DNA from: Candidatus Tayloriibacteriota bacterium
GTDB taxonomy: Bacteria; Patescibacteriota; Minisyncoccia; Phycocordibacterales; PALSA-1337
Assembly (NCBI GenBank): GCA_026395095.1
Contig: JAPLZI010000038.1
Location: forward strand, 1-31,998
Direction: 5' to 3'
DNA: 31,998 nt
In this document: one piece after another, positions 1 to 8,528 of the stretch
Position numbering within the stretch: the stretch's first letter is position 1
Layout: each line of letters starts with the position of its first letter
The notes under the pieces: model-generated
Seen by the model: the letters and a program-made list of their open reading frames with translations, nothing else
What the model was told of the DNA's origin: nothing
Databases searched by the model: none
Made by a program: the position numbers and the translations under genes

Positions 1-125
1 GGATTGTCAAATTTTATGAAATGTGGGCTGTTTTGGTGTGCCTACGAAGTAATTTTTAATAAAAAAGCCACCCGTGTGATTAAAGCGGGCAGCTGAGCGA
101 CGAAATTCCTAATCAGGGCTCCTTC

Positions 126-671
126 TTAGGCGGTTTTTGCCATAAATAGGAGCTCGAATTTGAGGTTCGCCATGATGTTTCGGTAGAACCATGGCGCAAA
201 AAGAGCGAAGAATATGTTACCCCCAAGGTGGCGAACAGTGAATGGTGCCTGCAGCACGAGTGCTTCGACTGCTGTTCTCCCATCAATAAGTGTTGGAATA
301 ATTCCTGTTGTTAGATCGAAAAACAGAGTTCCGATGATACTGACAATCATAAAATCAACAATCTTTGCCGGTCGTCCTTTCATAAAGAGGCTGCCGAATA
401 CTCCGATAAGGCCGTAGCAAATGGATGTGTTCCATGTCCATGGGCCGATACCGCTCGTGAGAGCATCGAAAACAATCATGCTTGATGCTCCATAGAGGCC
501 ACCGATAAATGGGCCATAAGCCTTTGCTCCGGCAAGTTCGGTTGCCATGAGCGGGTTAATATTCGATAGACCAAGAAATGGCGTAATGAGGCGGAAAACC
601 AGCGTGACAAAACCGGCGATAGCGAACTTTGCCATCCCGATGATGGAACAACCGAGACTGTCTTTATTCAT
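126..671 (-). CDS. ECF transporter S-component-like integral membrane protein (substrate unknown)
   Basis: 181 aa, about six hydrophobic segments, pattern ...YGPFIGGLYGASSMIVFD...GPWTW...YGLIG typical of S components. Start could be the second Met. Confidence 0.6.
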   Translation of the reverse strand: MNKDSLGCSIIGMAKFAIAGFVTLVFRLITPFLGLSNINPLMATELAGAKAYGPFIGGLYGASSMIVFDALTSGIGPWTWNTSICYGLIGVFGSLFMKGRPAKIVDFMIVSIIGTLFFDLTTGIIPTLIDGRTAVEALVLQAPFTVRHLGGNIFFALFAPWFYRNIMANLKFELLFMAKTA

Positions 672-737
672 TTTTGTGTTTGTGGAGGGTTTTGACTGAA
701 ATGAGCTAGTGTTGTGGGCAGTCTAACAGATAGTTAT

Positions 738-780
738 AAAAAAGAAAAAGGGGGCGGAGATTCGCTTGAATCTCCGCCCC
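738..780 (-). terminator. Intrinsic terminator (13-bp perfect GC stem plus U-tract)
   Basis: GGGGCGGAGATTC-GCTT-GAATCTCCGCCCC at 751-780, with an A-run at 738-749 that reads as a U-tract on the minus strand. Confidence 0.85.
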
Positions 781-835
781 GGAGCGTAATACCAGTCTAG
801 GTCAAACTGTCGGCCTAACTGAAAGTAAAATTTGG

Positions 836-869
836 GGTGGTGCCCAGCTTTGCCTGTCTGGGCACCACC
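836..869. other. Perfect 12-bp hairpin GGTGGTGCCCAG-N10-CTGGGCACCACC
   Basis: Inverted repeat read directly. Confidence 0.8.
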
Positions 870-928
870 AACTAACACCAACTCTCAACACAAACCGGCC
901 CCAAGTTTCCAGTTGCCGTTGAATGTCG

Positions 929-952
929 TCACACGACACATCACACGACACA
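929..952. repeat. Tandem 12-mer (TCACACGACACA)x2
   Basis: Exact copies at 929-940 and 941-952. Confidence 0.85.
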
Positions 953-969
953 AGGAGCCGCTACATAGA

Positions 970-998
970 AAACTACACCTAGCGTCAGGATTATGCAA
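970..998 (-). promoter_or_regulatory. Putative sigma70 promoter TTGCAT-N17-TAGTTT
   Basis: -35/-10 hexamers with 17-bp spacer directly downstream of the rny stop. Confidence 0.4.
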
Positions 999-1035
999 GG
1001 CAACTTGTGAACAGACTTGTGGTTAGTGGGTCAGA

Positions 1036-2565
1036 TTATCTAGCGAATTCGATAGATCTCATTTCGCGAATGACAATAACCTTTATTTCACCTGGGTATT
1101 TGAGGTCTTTTTCGATCTTCAGAGCGATATCGCGGGCGAGATTCTTGGCTTCCATATCGCCGAGTTCTTCTGGCTTAACGAATACGCGAATCTCACGGCC
1201 GGCCTGGAGGGCATAAGCTTTCTCAATTCCTGGGAAAGAGTTTGCGGTGGCTTCTAGGTCACCAAGACGCTTCAAATAGTTCTCAACATTGTCACGGCGT
1301 GCTCCCGGTCGTGCTCCAGAAATAGCGTCAGCAGTTTGTACGATGCGTGATTCGACTGTTTCGTATGGGTATTCTTCATGGTGCGCCTGCATGGCCTTTA
1401 TTATTTCCTCTGGGGCACCAAATTTTTGCAATATGCGTCGGCCGATTTCCACATGGGTGCCAGCGACTTCATGGTCCAATGCCTTGCCGATATCATGCAA
1501 AAGGGCGCCTGCCTTTGCCACTTGGACATTTGCACCAAGTTCTTCGGCGATCATTCCAGCTATATGTGCCATCTCTATGGAGTGCTGCAAGACATTCTGG
1601 CCATAGCTCGTGCGGAAATGAAGGCGGCCAAGTATGAGTAGAATCCTTGGATCCAAGCCTAGAACGCCGCATTCGTAGGCGGCTTGTTCACCCTTTTCCT
1701 TAATGGTTTTGTTTGCATCCTGTCGGGCTTTTTCGACTACCTGTTCGATGCGAGCCGGCTGGACGCGTCCGTCTTTGATGAGTTCACGCAAAGCGATTCC
1801 TGCGGTGTGACGGCGTACAGGATCAAACGAAGATATTGTGATAGCGCCAGGAGTATCGTCAACCAATACCTCAACACCGGTTGCGCGTTCGAAGGCTTTG
1901 ATATTGCGACCCTCCTTTCCGATGATCTTACCTTTTACATCATCACTCGGGATTTCAACGGTGGATGACATGAAGTCAGAAGCCACGGATGAAGCCAGAC
2001 GCTGTATCGAAACAGCCAAAATATCCCTGGCCTTTTGGTCGAGCATGTCCTCGCCTTGATTCTCCAACTTTTTCATGCGAACGAGGAAATCAGCCTCGCT
2101 GTTCTTCTCTAGCAACTTGATGATCTCATTCTTGGCATCTTCAGCGGATAATCCAGCGGCTTTTTCCAAGGCGGCCAGGCGATCCGTCTCGAGTTTGTCG
2201 GCTTTATCTCGGATAGCTCGAATTTCGTTGGCACGAACCTTGATCAACTCAACCTCCTTATCTATATCCGACTGCCTTTTATCGAGCAAATCCTCCTTCT
2301 TTATGAGGCGCTCCTCTGTTTGGCGTATTTTGTCTTCTCTTTCCTTTATTTCCGAGTGTTTAACTGCAGCAGATTCCTCGGCTTTTTTTTCGGCTTCGGT
2401 GGTTATTCTCTTTGCCTCTTCCTTGGCGGCAAGGAGCATCTCCTTGACTTCAAGTTCCATTGAACCCTTTTTTCCTAGGGTAATCAGGTATCGGAGGTAA
2501 TATCCGATTGCGACACCAGCGACTCCTGCAATGGAGAGGAATAGTGCGACTAATTTTAATGACAT
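1036..2565 (-). CDS. rny: Ribonuclease Y
   Basis: N-terminal TM helix, coiled coil, KH domain (KGKIIGKEGRNI), HD domain (LLHDIGK), C-terminal YPGEIKVIVIRE. Confidence 0.97.
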   Translation of the reverse strand: MSLKLVALFLSIAGVAGVAIGYYLRYLITLGKKGSMELEVKEMLLAAKEEAKRITTEAEKKAEESAAVKHSEIKEREDKIRQTEERLIKKEDLLDKRQSDIDKEVELIKVRANEIRAIRDKADKLETDRLAALEKAAGLSAEDAKNEIIKLLEKNSEADFLVRMKKLENQGEDMLDQKARDILAVSIQRLASSVASDFMSSTVEIPSDDVKGKIIGKEGRNIKAFERATGVEVLVDDTPGAITISSFDPVRRHTAGIALRELIKDGRVQPARIEQVVEKARQDANKTIKEKGEQAAYECGVLGLDPRILLILGRLHFRTSYGQNVLQHSIEMAHIAGMIAEELGANVQVAKAGALLHDIGKALDHEVAGTHVEIGRRILQKFGAPEEIIKAMQAHHEEYPYETVESRIVQTADAISGARPGARRDNVENYLKRLGDLEATANSFPGIEKAYALQAGREIRVFVKPEELGDMEAKNLARDIALKIEKDLKYPGEIKVIVIREMRSIEFAR

Positions 2566-2702
2566 ATGCGGTAGCGACCCGCTCTTTGAGAACTAGGGTG
2601 AAATCAAGATATGACCGTTGTCAGAATGTGGAATAAATTTCATAAATTGGGTGTCACGGATCTTCAAATGCGCTGTCGTAATTAATATTTGGTAACAAAA
2701 AC

Positions 2703-2745
2703 ATCATATACCCCTCTTTACTTTTGTGCAACTTCGCGATACATT
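2703..2745. promoter_or_regulatory. Overlapping divergent promoters for rny (-) and clpP (+)
   Basis: Minus: TTGCAC(2731-2726)-N17-TATGAT(2708-2703). Plus: TTTACT(2717-2722)-N17-TACATT(2740-2745). Confidence 0.5.
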
Positions 2746-2779
2746 ACCCCTGACCACGAATATAAATAGCGCATAACAT

Positions 2780-3361
2780 ATGTTAATACCTACAGTAATC
2801 GAAAAGTCGAGCTTTGGTGAGCGGGCGTACGACATCTATTCACGCCTCCTGAAGGAAAATGTCATTTTTCTGGGCGGCCCGATAGACGATCACATTGCCA
2901 ACCTGATTATCGCCCAACTTCTTTTCCTGCAGCATGAAGATTCAAAGAAGGAGATAAGCATGTACATCAATTCTCCGGGCGGATCTGTGACGGCTACGCT
3001 GGCTATCGTCGACACGATGCAGTATATAAAGAATGATATTTCGACTGTCTGTGTCGGTATTGCGGCATCAGGCGCAGCTTTGATCCTCTCGGCGGGCACG
3101 AAGGGCAAGCGCATGGCCTTGCCGACCTCGGAAGTTATGATTCACCAACCTCTCGGTGGGGCAGAAGGTCAGGCATCTGATATTGAGATCAGCGCTAAGC
3201 ACATTCTAAAGATGCGCGCGGTACTAAATAAAATTTTGGCGAAAAACACAGGGCAGACGCTCGCAAAGATCGAAAAGGATGTTGACCGGGATTTCTTCAT
3301 GGATGCGGATGAAGCCAAGAAATATGGCATCATAGACCAAGTCGTGACGAATAAAAAGTAA
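2780..3361 (+). CDS. clpP: ATP-dependent Clp protease proteolytic subunit
   Basis: [20 protein letters not shown], catalytic Ser (GIAASG), His (MIHQPLGG), Asp (DRD). Confidence 0.98.
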   Translation: MLIPTVIEKSSFGERAYDIYSRLLKENVIFLGGPIDDHIANLIIAQLLFLQHEDSKKEISMYINSPGGSVTATLAIVDTMQYIKNDISTVCVGIAASGAALILSAGTKGKRMALPTSEVMIHQPLGGAEGQASDIEISAKHILKMRAVLNKILAKNTGQTLAKIEKDVDRDFFMDADEAKKYGIIDQVVTNKK

Positions 3362-4081
3362 ATGCGTTTACACAGATTCTATGTGCGTGAGGTCGTAGGC
3401 TCAAAAAAAGAGATTGTAATAGAGTCGGCTGATCTCCTGCACCAAATCTCAAAAGTTTTCCGTTTAGGGATCGGAGACAAGGTCGTCATATTCGACGGTT
3501 CTGGTTCGGATTATGAAAGCGAGATCGCTGAAATGGGCAAAATAACTCCGAACACGGTTACATTTCGTGTGTTGTCGACAGCCAATAGCCGATATGTGCC
3601 GACGCGCAAGATCTATCTATGCGCGGCTGTTGTTAAAAAGGATAATTTTGAGTTCATTGTTGAAAAGGCAACCGAACTTGGTGTTACGGATATTGTCCCA
3701 GTCTTGGCGGAGCGCACAGAAAAAAAGGCTTTGAATGAGGAGCGACTCCAAAAGATTGCTATCGAGTCAAGTGAACAGAGTGGACGTGGTAATCTTCCAA
3801 CGATCCACAAGATTATGGATCTTACTGAAGCAATACAATTCCTAACAAAGCAGTTTGTTACGTTCATTGCTTTCCATACTGAAGGGTCAGTTTTTCCTCC
3901 TGAAGAACTCGGGGACGGACTAAGTATAGCGGTTCTTATAGGTCCGGAAGGTGGTTGGTCACCTAATGAAGTAGATATGTTTCACAAGAATAAGATCCAG
4001 GTCCGATGCCTCGGCCCGCAGGTTCTAAAGGCTGAAACAGCTGTAGTTGCAGCTCTTTCTCAGGTTGTGTTTAGGGTTTAG
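3362..4081 (+). CDS. rsmE: 16S rRNA m3U1498 methyltransferase
   Basis: EKATELGV, ESSEQSGR, SPOUT knot IGPEGGWS...LGPQVLKAETA. Confidence 0.93.
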   Translation: MRLHRFYVREVVGSKKEIVIESADLLHQISKVFRLGIGDKVVIFDGSGSDYESEIAEMGKITPNTVTFRVLSTANSRYVPTRKIYLCAAVVKKDNFEFIVEKATELGVTDIVPVLAERTEKKALNEERLQKIAIESSEQSGRGNLPTIHKIMDLTEAIQFLTKQFVTFIAFHTEGSVFPPEELGDGLSIAVLIGPEGGWSPNEVDMFHKNKIQVRCLGPQVLKAETAVVAALSQVVFRV

Positions 4082-4087
4082 CCGCTT

Positions 4088-5179
4088 TCATTTCGACGAA
4101 AGTTTCACAGGAGTTTCCAAAAACTCAAAAACCTTTTCATTTGTGAGAACTGTCTCTGCATATATTGAAGCGCGCTCGCGGTCGGCGTCTTTATAGTGTT
4201 CGACGATGTGGTTGACCTCGGTTTCTACTTCAGTAGGGGAGGGTTTGATATTTTCGAGCTTAGCAATCTCATTGAGGATGAGTTGGAGTTTGGCTTTCTT
4301 CTCGGCGTGTGGAGCCCACTCTTTACGGACATCCTCGATGGATTTTTTGGCGTGTTTCAAATAGTCATCAATCTTTACACCCATCCTCTCTATATCTGCT
4401 TCAAATTGTGATTGAGTGCGATCGAGTTCACTTTGTATCATTATCTCTGGTAATTCTGTGACTGTCTGTGCGGCAATGGCATCAGCGATAGAAATACGGG
4501 TCTTTTCTCTTGCTGCTACTTTCTTATCTTCTGCTAGCATTTCCGACAGTTTATTCTTGAAATCGGGGATGTCATTGAAGTTGCCAATTTTTTTGACGAA
4601 GTCGTCAGTAAGTTCAGGCAGGTTATCCATGATAGCCTTCTCATGTTCCTCCGGCGTCATCTTTTCATGATCATGGCCCTCGTGTGATGCATGCATCTTT
4701 CTTACCCGCAAAATGGCCTCATCAAGCTCCTTGTCAGATATTTTTTCGACTGGCTTGTCGGTCTTCCTTACTTGTTCTGCTGCCAACTTCTTGTAGTCAG
4801 GTAGTTTGATTTCTGGAACGACGGCGGTTACAGCTTTAAATTCAAGGGGATTATTCTTGGCTAGTTTGGTGACGCTGATCTCGGGTCGGCCGATCGCATC
4901 GATCTTATTGTCTATAAGTATATCCATATAAGCCTTTGGTAAAGCTAGTTCGGCCATTTCTTCTAGGACGACCATTTCGCCGACTTTTGCAGTTAGAACA
5001 TTTTCCGGAATGTTGCCTTTGCGGAATCCGTCGATGGTGACGGTTTCGTTGAGATTTTTCAAGGCCTTGGTACGGAACTTCTCCCAAATTTCCACAGGGA
5101 CTGAAGCAGATATCTCTACTCGAGATTCTTCCAGCTTTTTTATAACGGCGTTATCGTATGATTTGTTTGTTTGATTCAT
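4088..5179 (-). CDS. tig: Trigger factor (ribosome-binding and C-terminal domains; FKBP domain absent)
   Basis: Signature IDGFRKG, C-domain LPELTDDFVKKIG...LILNEIAKLENI; only 363 aa. Confidence 0.92.
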   Translation of the reverse strand: MNQTNKSYDNAVIKKLEESRVEISASVPVEIWEKFRTKALKNLNETVTIDGFRKGNIPENVLTAKVGEMVVLEEMAELALPKAYMDILIDNKIDAIGRPEISVTKLAKNNPLEFKAVTAVVPEIKLPDYKKLAAEQVRKTDKPVEKISDKELDEAILRVRKMHASHEGHDHEKMTPEEHEKAIMDNLPELTDDFVKKIGNFNDIPDFKNKLSEMLAEDKKVAAREKTRISIADAIAAQTVTELPEIMIQSELDRTQSQFEADIERMGVKIDDYLKHAKKSIEDVRKEWAPHAEKKAKLQLILNEIAKLENIKPSPTEVETEVNHIVEHYKDADRERASIYAETVLTNEKVFEFLETPVKLSSK

Positions 5180-5185
5180 GGGAGG

Positions 5186-5214
5186 AGTTTACAGGCCGAT
5201 AATCCATTTTGCAA
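5186..5214 (-). promoter_or_regulatory. tig promoter TTGCAA-N17-TAAACT, 6 nt upstream of ATG (leaderless geometry)
   Basis: -35 at 5214-5209, -10 at 5191-5186, ATG at 5179. Confidence 0.6.
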
Positions 5215-5229
5215 GACAAGTGCTTTTTA

Positions 5230-5496
5230 TGCGCGGTGTGCGGAACTTTATTTGGTTTCATCGTTACTATACTTTAGTATAGTGTGCGTGTGAACGAATC
5301 AGTCCTTCTCCCTGAAACCAAGGATTCAAAAAATGGAGTTTGAAGAAGAAGGATCTCAGCGGGAGACGTGCCCCTCTCGTCACTTTAATAAAATAACTAC
5401 ATTTGTAGTCATTGTGACTATAAACGTAGTTATTTTATCGGAGTGAGAGGAAAGGAATAGTTCCCGCCCCGACCCCTTTTTAGTTTTTTCCGCGCA
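5230..5496. other. Multi-hairpin structured intergenic element (~270 nt)
   Basis: Nested inverted repeats: 5230-5236/5490-5496, 5266-5283, 5304-5309/5347-5352, 5359-5364/5462-5467, and a long imperfect hairpin at 5373-5450. Confidence 0.6.
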
Positions 5497-5516
5497 ACTT
5501 TTTCTCGTTATGAATC

Positions 5517-5765
5517 CTAGAAATTCTGTGAATTGAGCCCAGTTGTAGCGCTATCGAGGTCAGATTGCAAGGCCTTTAAATCCTCAGTTGAATTTGGTGC
5601 AGGAACAGGAGTAGTTTGTACAGTGCCGGCGAGGTTGTTCTCCTCTGGTGTGTTTCCAGGTGTCTCATTTATCTTGGAAGCAAACAAATAGAGTGCGGCG
5701 ATGACGAGAACCAAGACTATTATCAAGGTTGCAACGATCGGTCCGACTTTTTTTTCTTTTTCCAT
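5517..5765 (-). CDS. Small single-pass membrane protein, unknown function
   Basis: KKVGPIVATLIIVLVLVIAALYLF anchor, P/T-rich linker, acidic C-terminal helix. Confidence 0.75.
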   Translation of the reverse strand: MEKEKKVGPIVATLIIVLVLVIAALYLFASKINETPGNTPEENNLAGTVQTTPVPAPNSTEDLKALQSDLDSATTGLNSQNF

Positions 5766-5788
5766 GGCTTTTTTCTAATTAAATATTA

Positions 5789-6499
5789 TTAAGGAGTAGT
5801 AGTTGCCTGGTTATTGCCTTCTTGACCGGTCTTCAATCCCATTGAATGGGCGATTTCTTTGATGACTTCTGTCAGCATTTTTTGGGCTTCATTTACGGCC
5901 TCAATCGCCTTTTTGCCAATTTCCCTTGGTTTTTCCAATTTTACAGTCGATGTCGATGACGCGGCGGCGGTTTTATCCAACGATGATGATATAACGGGGG
6001 GAACATAAGAACGTATTATGGCCAGTGCCACTTTTGCGGCGGCGATTTTCTCATCTGCTTTTACGAGGAGTTTTCTGGCTTCAGTCATTGTTCGGCCATT
6101 TTGTTCGGCACTGTCGATTCTCGCAGAAATCTTGTTGCGAGTTACCTCAAGCTTGTTTAAAGAACGCTCGATTTGAGCTATGAGATTGCTTTGAAGTATC
6201 GCAAATTGTTCAACACGGGCCTCTTTCCACTTTTCTCGGCCCTTAAATTCGGTGGACGATGCTATCATCTCTGCTCTCTCTGCGAGATTCTGTAATCTTA
6301 TCGTAGATGTGGCGAAATCCCTGTTGAATGGTCGGGTCGAACTGGCTTGTTTGAGCTGTTCATTCCTGATGTCGCGATTATTTTCGGCGTTTTGGAACCG
6401 AGCCTTCAATAAAGTTTGGGCATTACCTGAAGCTGGGAGCGCCGTGACAAGAATACCAGCGATCGCGATTGCCATGATATATGTGTAGGTTTTTTTCAT
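5789..6499 (-). CDS. Secreted alpha-helical/coiled-coil hypothetical protein
   Basis: Signal-peptide-like N-terminus, repeated ASST motifs, long heptad-rich helices; co-oriented with hppA. Confidence 0.75.
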   Translation of the reverse strand: MKKTYTYIMAIAIAGILVTALPASGNAQTLLKARFQNAENNRDIRNEQLKQASSTRPFNRDFATSTIRLQNLAERAEMIASSTEFKGREKWKEARVEQFAILQSNLIAQIERSLNKLEVTRNKISARIDSAEQNGRTMTEARKLLVKADEKIAAAKVALAIIRSYVPPVISSSLDKTAAASSTSTVKLEKPREIGKKAIEAVNEAQKMLTEVIKEIAHSMGLKTGQEGNNQATTTP

Positions 6500-6521
6500 A
6501 TTTTGTTGGTTATTGGGCTTA

Positions 6522-8519
6522 TTATAACAGATGCCAAGCGGTTACGAAGGTGACGATAAGCAGGGCAACGATATTCAGGATCTTAATCATCGGGTTTATA
6601 GCCGGGCCTGCGGTGTCCTTGTACGGGTCGCCTACGGTATCACCGGTAACTGCGGCCTTATGAGCGTCTGAACCCTTGCCGCCATGAGCGCCTTGCTCAA
6701 TATGCTTCTTGGCATTATCCCAAGCACCGCCACCAGAAGTCATGGATATTGCGACGAATAAGCCTGTTACGATAGAACCGACTAGAAGCCCTCCGAGAGC
6801 GATAGGACCGAGGACAAAGCCGACTATTATCGGAGCTAGAACAGGAATGAGAGCAGGAATGATCATCTCCTTGATAGCGGCGGAAGTGACTATGTCGACA
6901 CAGCGAGCATAATCAGGTTTGGCTGTGCCTTGCATGATGCCCTTGATCTCACGGAACTGACGGCGGACTTCCTCAACTACCTTTCCGGCGGCTTTACCGA
7001 CGGCTTCCATGGATAGGGCGGCAAAATAATACGGGAGCAAGCCACCTAGGAAAAGACCGACGATAACACGCGGGTCACTCAAGCTGAAGACCATGTTTGG
7101 AATAGCTTCTGTGTATGAAGCAAAGAGAACTAGTGCGGCGAGACCTGCTGAACCTATAGCGTAACCTTTTGTGACAGCCTTTGTGGTATTTCCGACAGCA
7201 TCCAGAGGATCGGTGACATCGCGGACTTCCTGCGGAAGGTCGGCCATTTCAGCGATTCCACCCGCGTTATCAGTGATGGGACCATAAGCATCGATTGCAA
7301 CGATAATTCCAGCCATTGAAAGCATGCTTACTGCGGCGACAGCGATACCATAAAGTCCGCCGAAGTAATAAGCGACGAGAATGCCAACTACAATAGTGAG
7401 AAGCGGCCAAGCTGTGGCCTTCATGGATATAGCCAAGCCCTGAATGATATTCGTGCCGTGACCAGAGACTGATGCGGCGGCGATTGATTTTACAGGGTTA
7501 TATTTGGTCGAAGTGTAGTATTCAGTGATGATCACCAGCAGAGCTGTAACCACAAGACCAACTAGGGTAGCTCCATAAAGGTGGGCGACACTATATGTAC
7601 CATTGCTCCCCATGATCAACTTTGTTATCGGATAGAAAGCAATTGCCGAGAGAACTCCTGCTACAGCGAGACCTTTGTACATGGCCCCCATTATATTCTG
7701 GGACTTTCCCATATATACGAACCATGTGCCTATAATAGACGCGATGATGGCGACTGCGCCGAGTGCTAGCGGATAGATGATTGCTCCGGAGAATCCCTTG
7801 AATACAGCCACGCCGAGCATCATTGCGGCGATAGTGGTAACAGCGTAAGTTTCGAACAAGTCTGCGGCCATGCCAGCACAATCACCGACGTTGTCACCGA
7901 CGTTATCAGCGATAACGCCAGGATTTCTCGGGTCGTCTTCTGGAATTCCAGCTTCAACTTTTCCTACGAGGTCGGTGCCGACATCAGCGGCTTTTGTGAA
8001 AATACCACCGCCAAGGCGTGCGAATACGGAGATCAAGCTAGCACCGAAGGCTAAACCGATGAGTGAGCCAACATCCTGGGTTATTGTATAAAATCCTGTG
8101 ACGCCAAGAAGGGCTAGACCGACTACGAGGAGACCAGTGACAGCTCCGCCTTTGAATGCAAGCGAAAGTGCCGCGGATAGACCTTGTCGTGCGGCTTCAG
8201 CTGTGCGGACGTTTGCGCGAATCGACACATTCATGCCGATATAGCCGGCGAGGGCCGAGAGAATTGCTCCAACGAGAAAGCCTATTCCAATCTTGATGCC
8301 GAGTGATAGCCAGAGAATGATAAAAAGTATCACGGCAATCACGGCAATAGTGCGATATTGGCGGTTAAGATAGGCCTTAGCACCAGCCTGAATAGCGGCG
8401 GCGATTTCCTTCATGCGGTCATTTCCTGCCGATCTCTTCAGTATCGAAGAAGCCAAGAAGGCACCATAGGCGATGGCAATGACGGAGCTAATAAAAGCGA
8501 AAATTATGTATGTATTCAT
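6522..8519 (-). CDS. hppA: Membrane H+-translocating pyrophosphatase, K+-independent type
   Basis: [43 protein letters not shown] (Lys at the K+-dependence position), [10 protein letters not shown]. Confidence 0.95.
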   Translation of the reverse strand: MNTYIIFAFISSVIAIAYGAFLASSILKRSAGNDRMKEIAAAIQAGAKAYLNRQYRTIAVIAVILFIILWLSLGIKIGIGFLVGAILSALAGYIGMNVSIRANVRTAEAARQGLSAALSLAFKGGAVTGLLVVGLALLGVTGFYTITQDVGSLIGLAFGASLISVFARLGGGIFTKAADVGTDLVGKVEAGIPEDDPRNPGVIADNVGDNVGDCAGMAADLFETYAVTTIAAMMLGVAVFKGFSGAIIYPLALGAVAIIASIIGTWFVYMGKSQNIMGAMYKGLAVAGVLSAIAFYPITKLIMGSNGTYSVAHLYGATLVGLVVTALLVIITEYYTSTKYNPVKSIAAASVSGHGTNIIQGLAISMKATAWPLLTIVVGILVAYYFGGLYGIAVAAVSMLSMAGIIVAIDAYGPITDNAGGIAEMADLPQEVRDVTDPLDAVGNTTKAVTKGYAIGSAGLAALVLFASYTEAIPNMVFSLSDPRVIVGLFLGGLLPYYFAALSMEAVGKAAGKVVEEVRRQFREIKGIMQGTAKPDYARCVDIVTSAAIKEMIIPALIPVLAPIIVGFVLGPIALGGLLVGSIVTGLFVAISMTSGGGAWDNAKKHIEQGAHGGKGSDAHKAAVTGDTVGDPYKDTAGPAINPMIKILNIVALLIVTFVTAWHLL

Positions 8520-8528
8520 TGTTTGTTT

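Larger units (their letters stand above)
738..963 (-). ncRNA. Candidate ~225-nt structured RNA or attenuator leader between rny and the ECF S-component gene
   Basis: Promoter-like TTGCAT-N17-TAGTTT upstream; helices 954-960/896-902 and 836-847/858-869; ends at the 738-780 terminator; no recognisable ORF. Confidence 0.4.

Noticed and set aside
37-82. TGTGCCTACGAAG...GCCACCCGTGTGAT as a possible third copy of the 62-nt-loop element
   Set aside because: Boxes are degenerate, spacing is 17 rather than 15, and the TCC box and flanking inverted repeat are missing.
921-940. GAATGTCGTCACAC resembles part of a THF riboswitch, next to an ECF S-component gene
   Set aside because: It is on the strand opposite the gene and the flanking THF helices are absent.
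2001-2010. 10-nt match (GCTGTATCGA) between the copy B 16-nt segment and rny
   Set aside because: About one such 10-mer match is expected by chance across both strands of 32 kb, and there is no adjacent match for the second segment.
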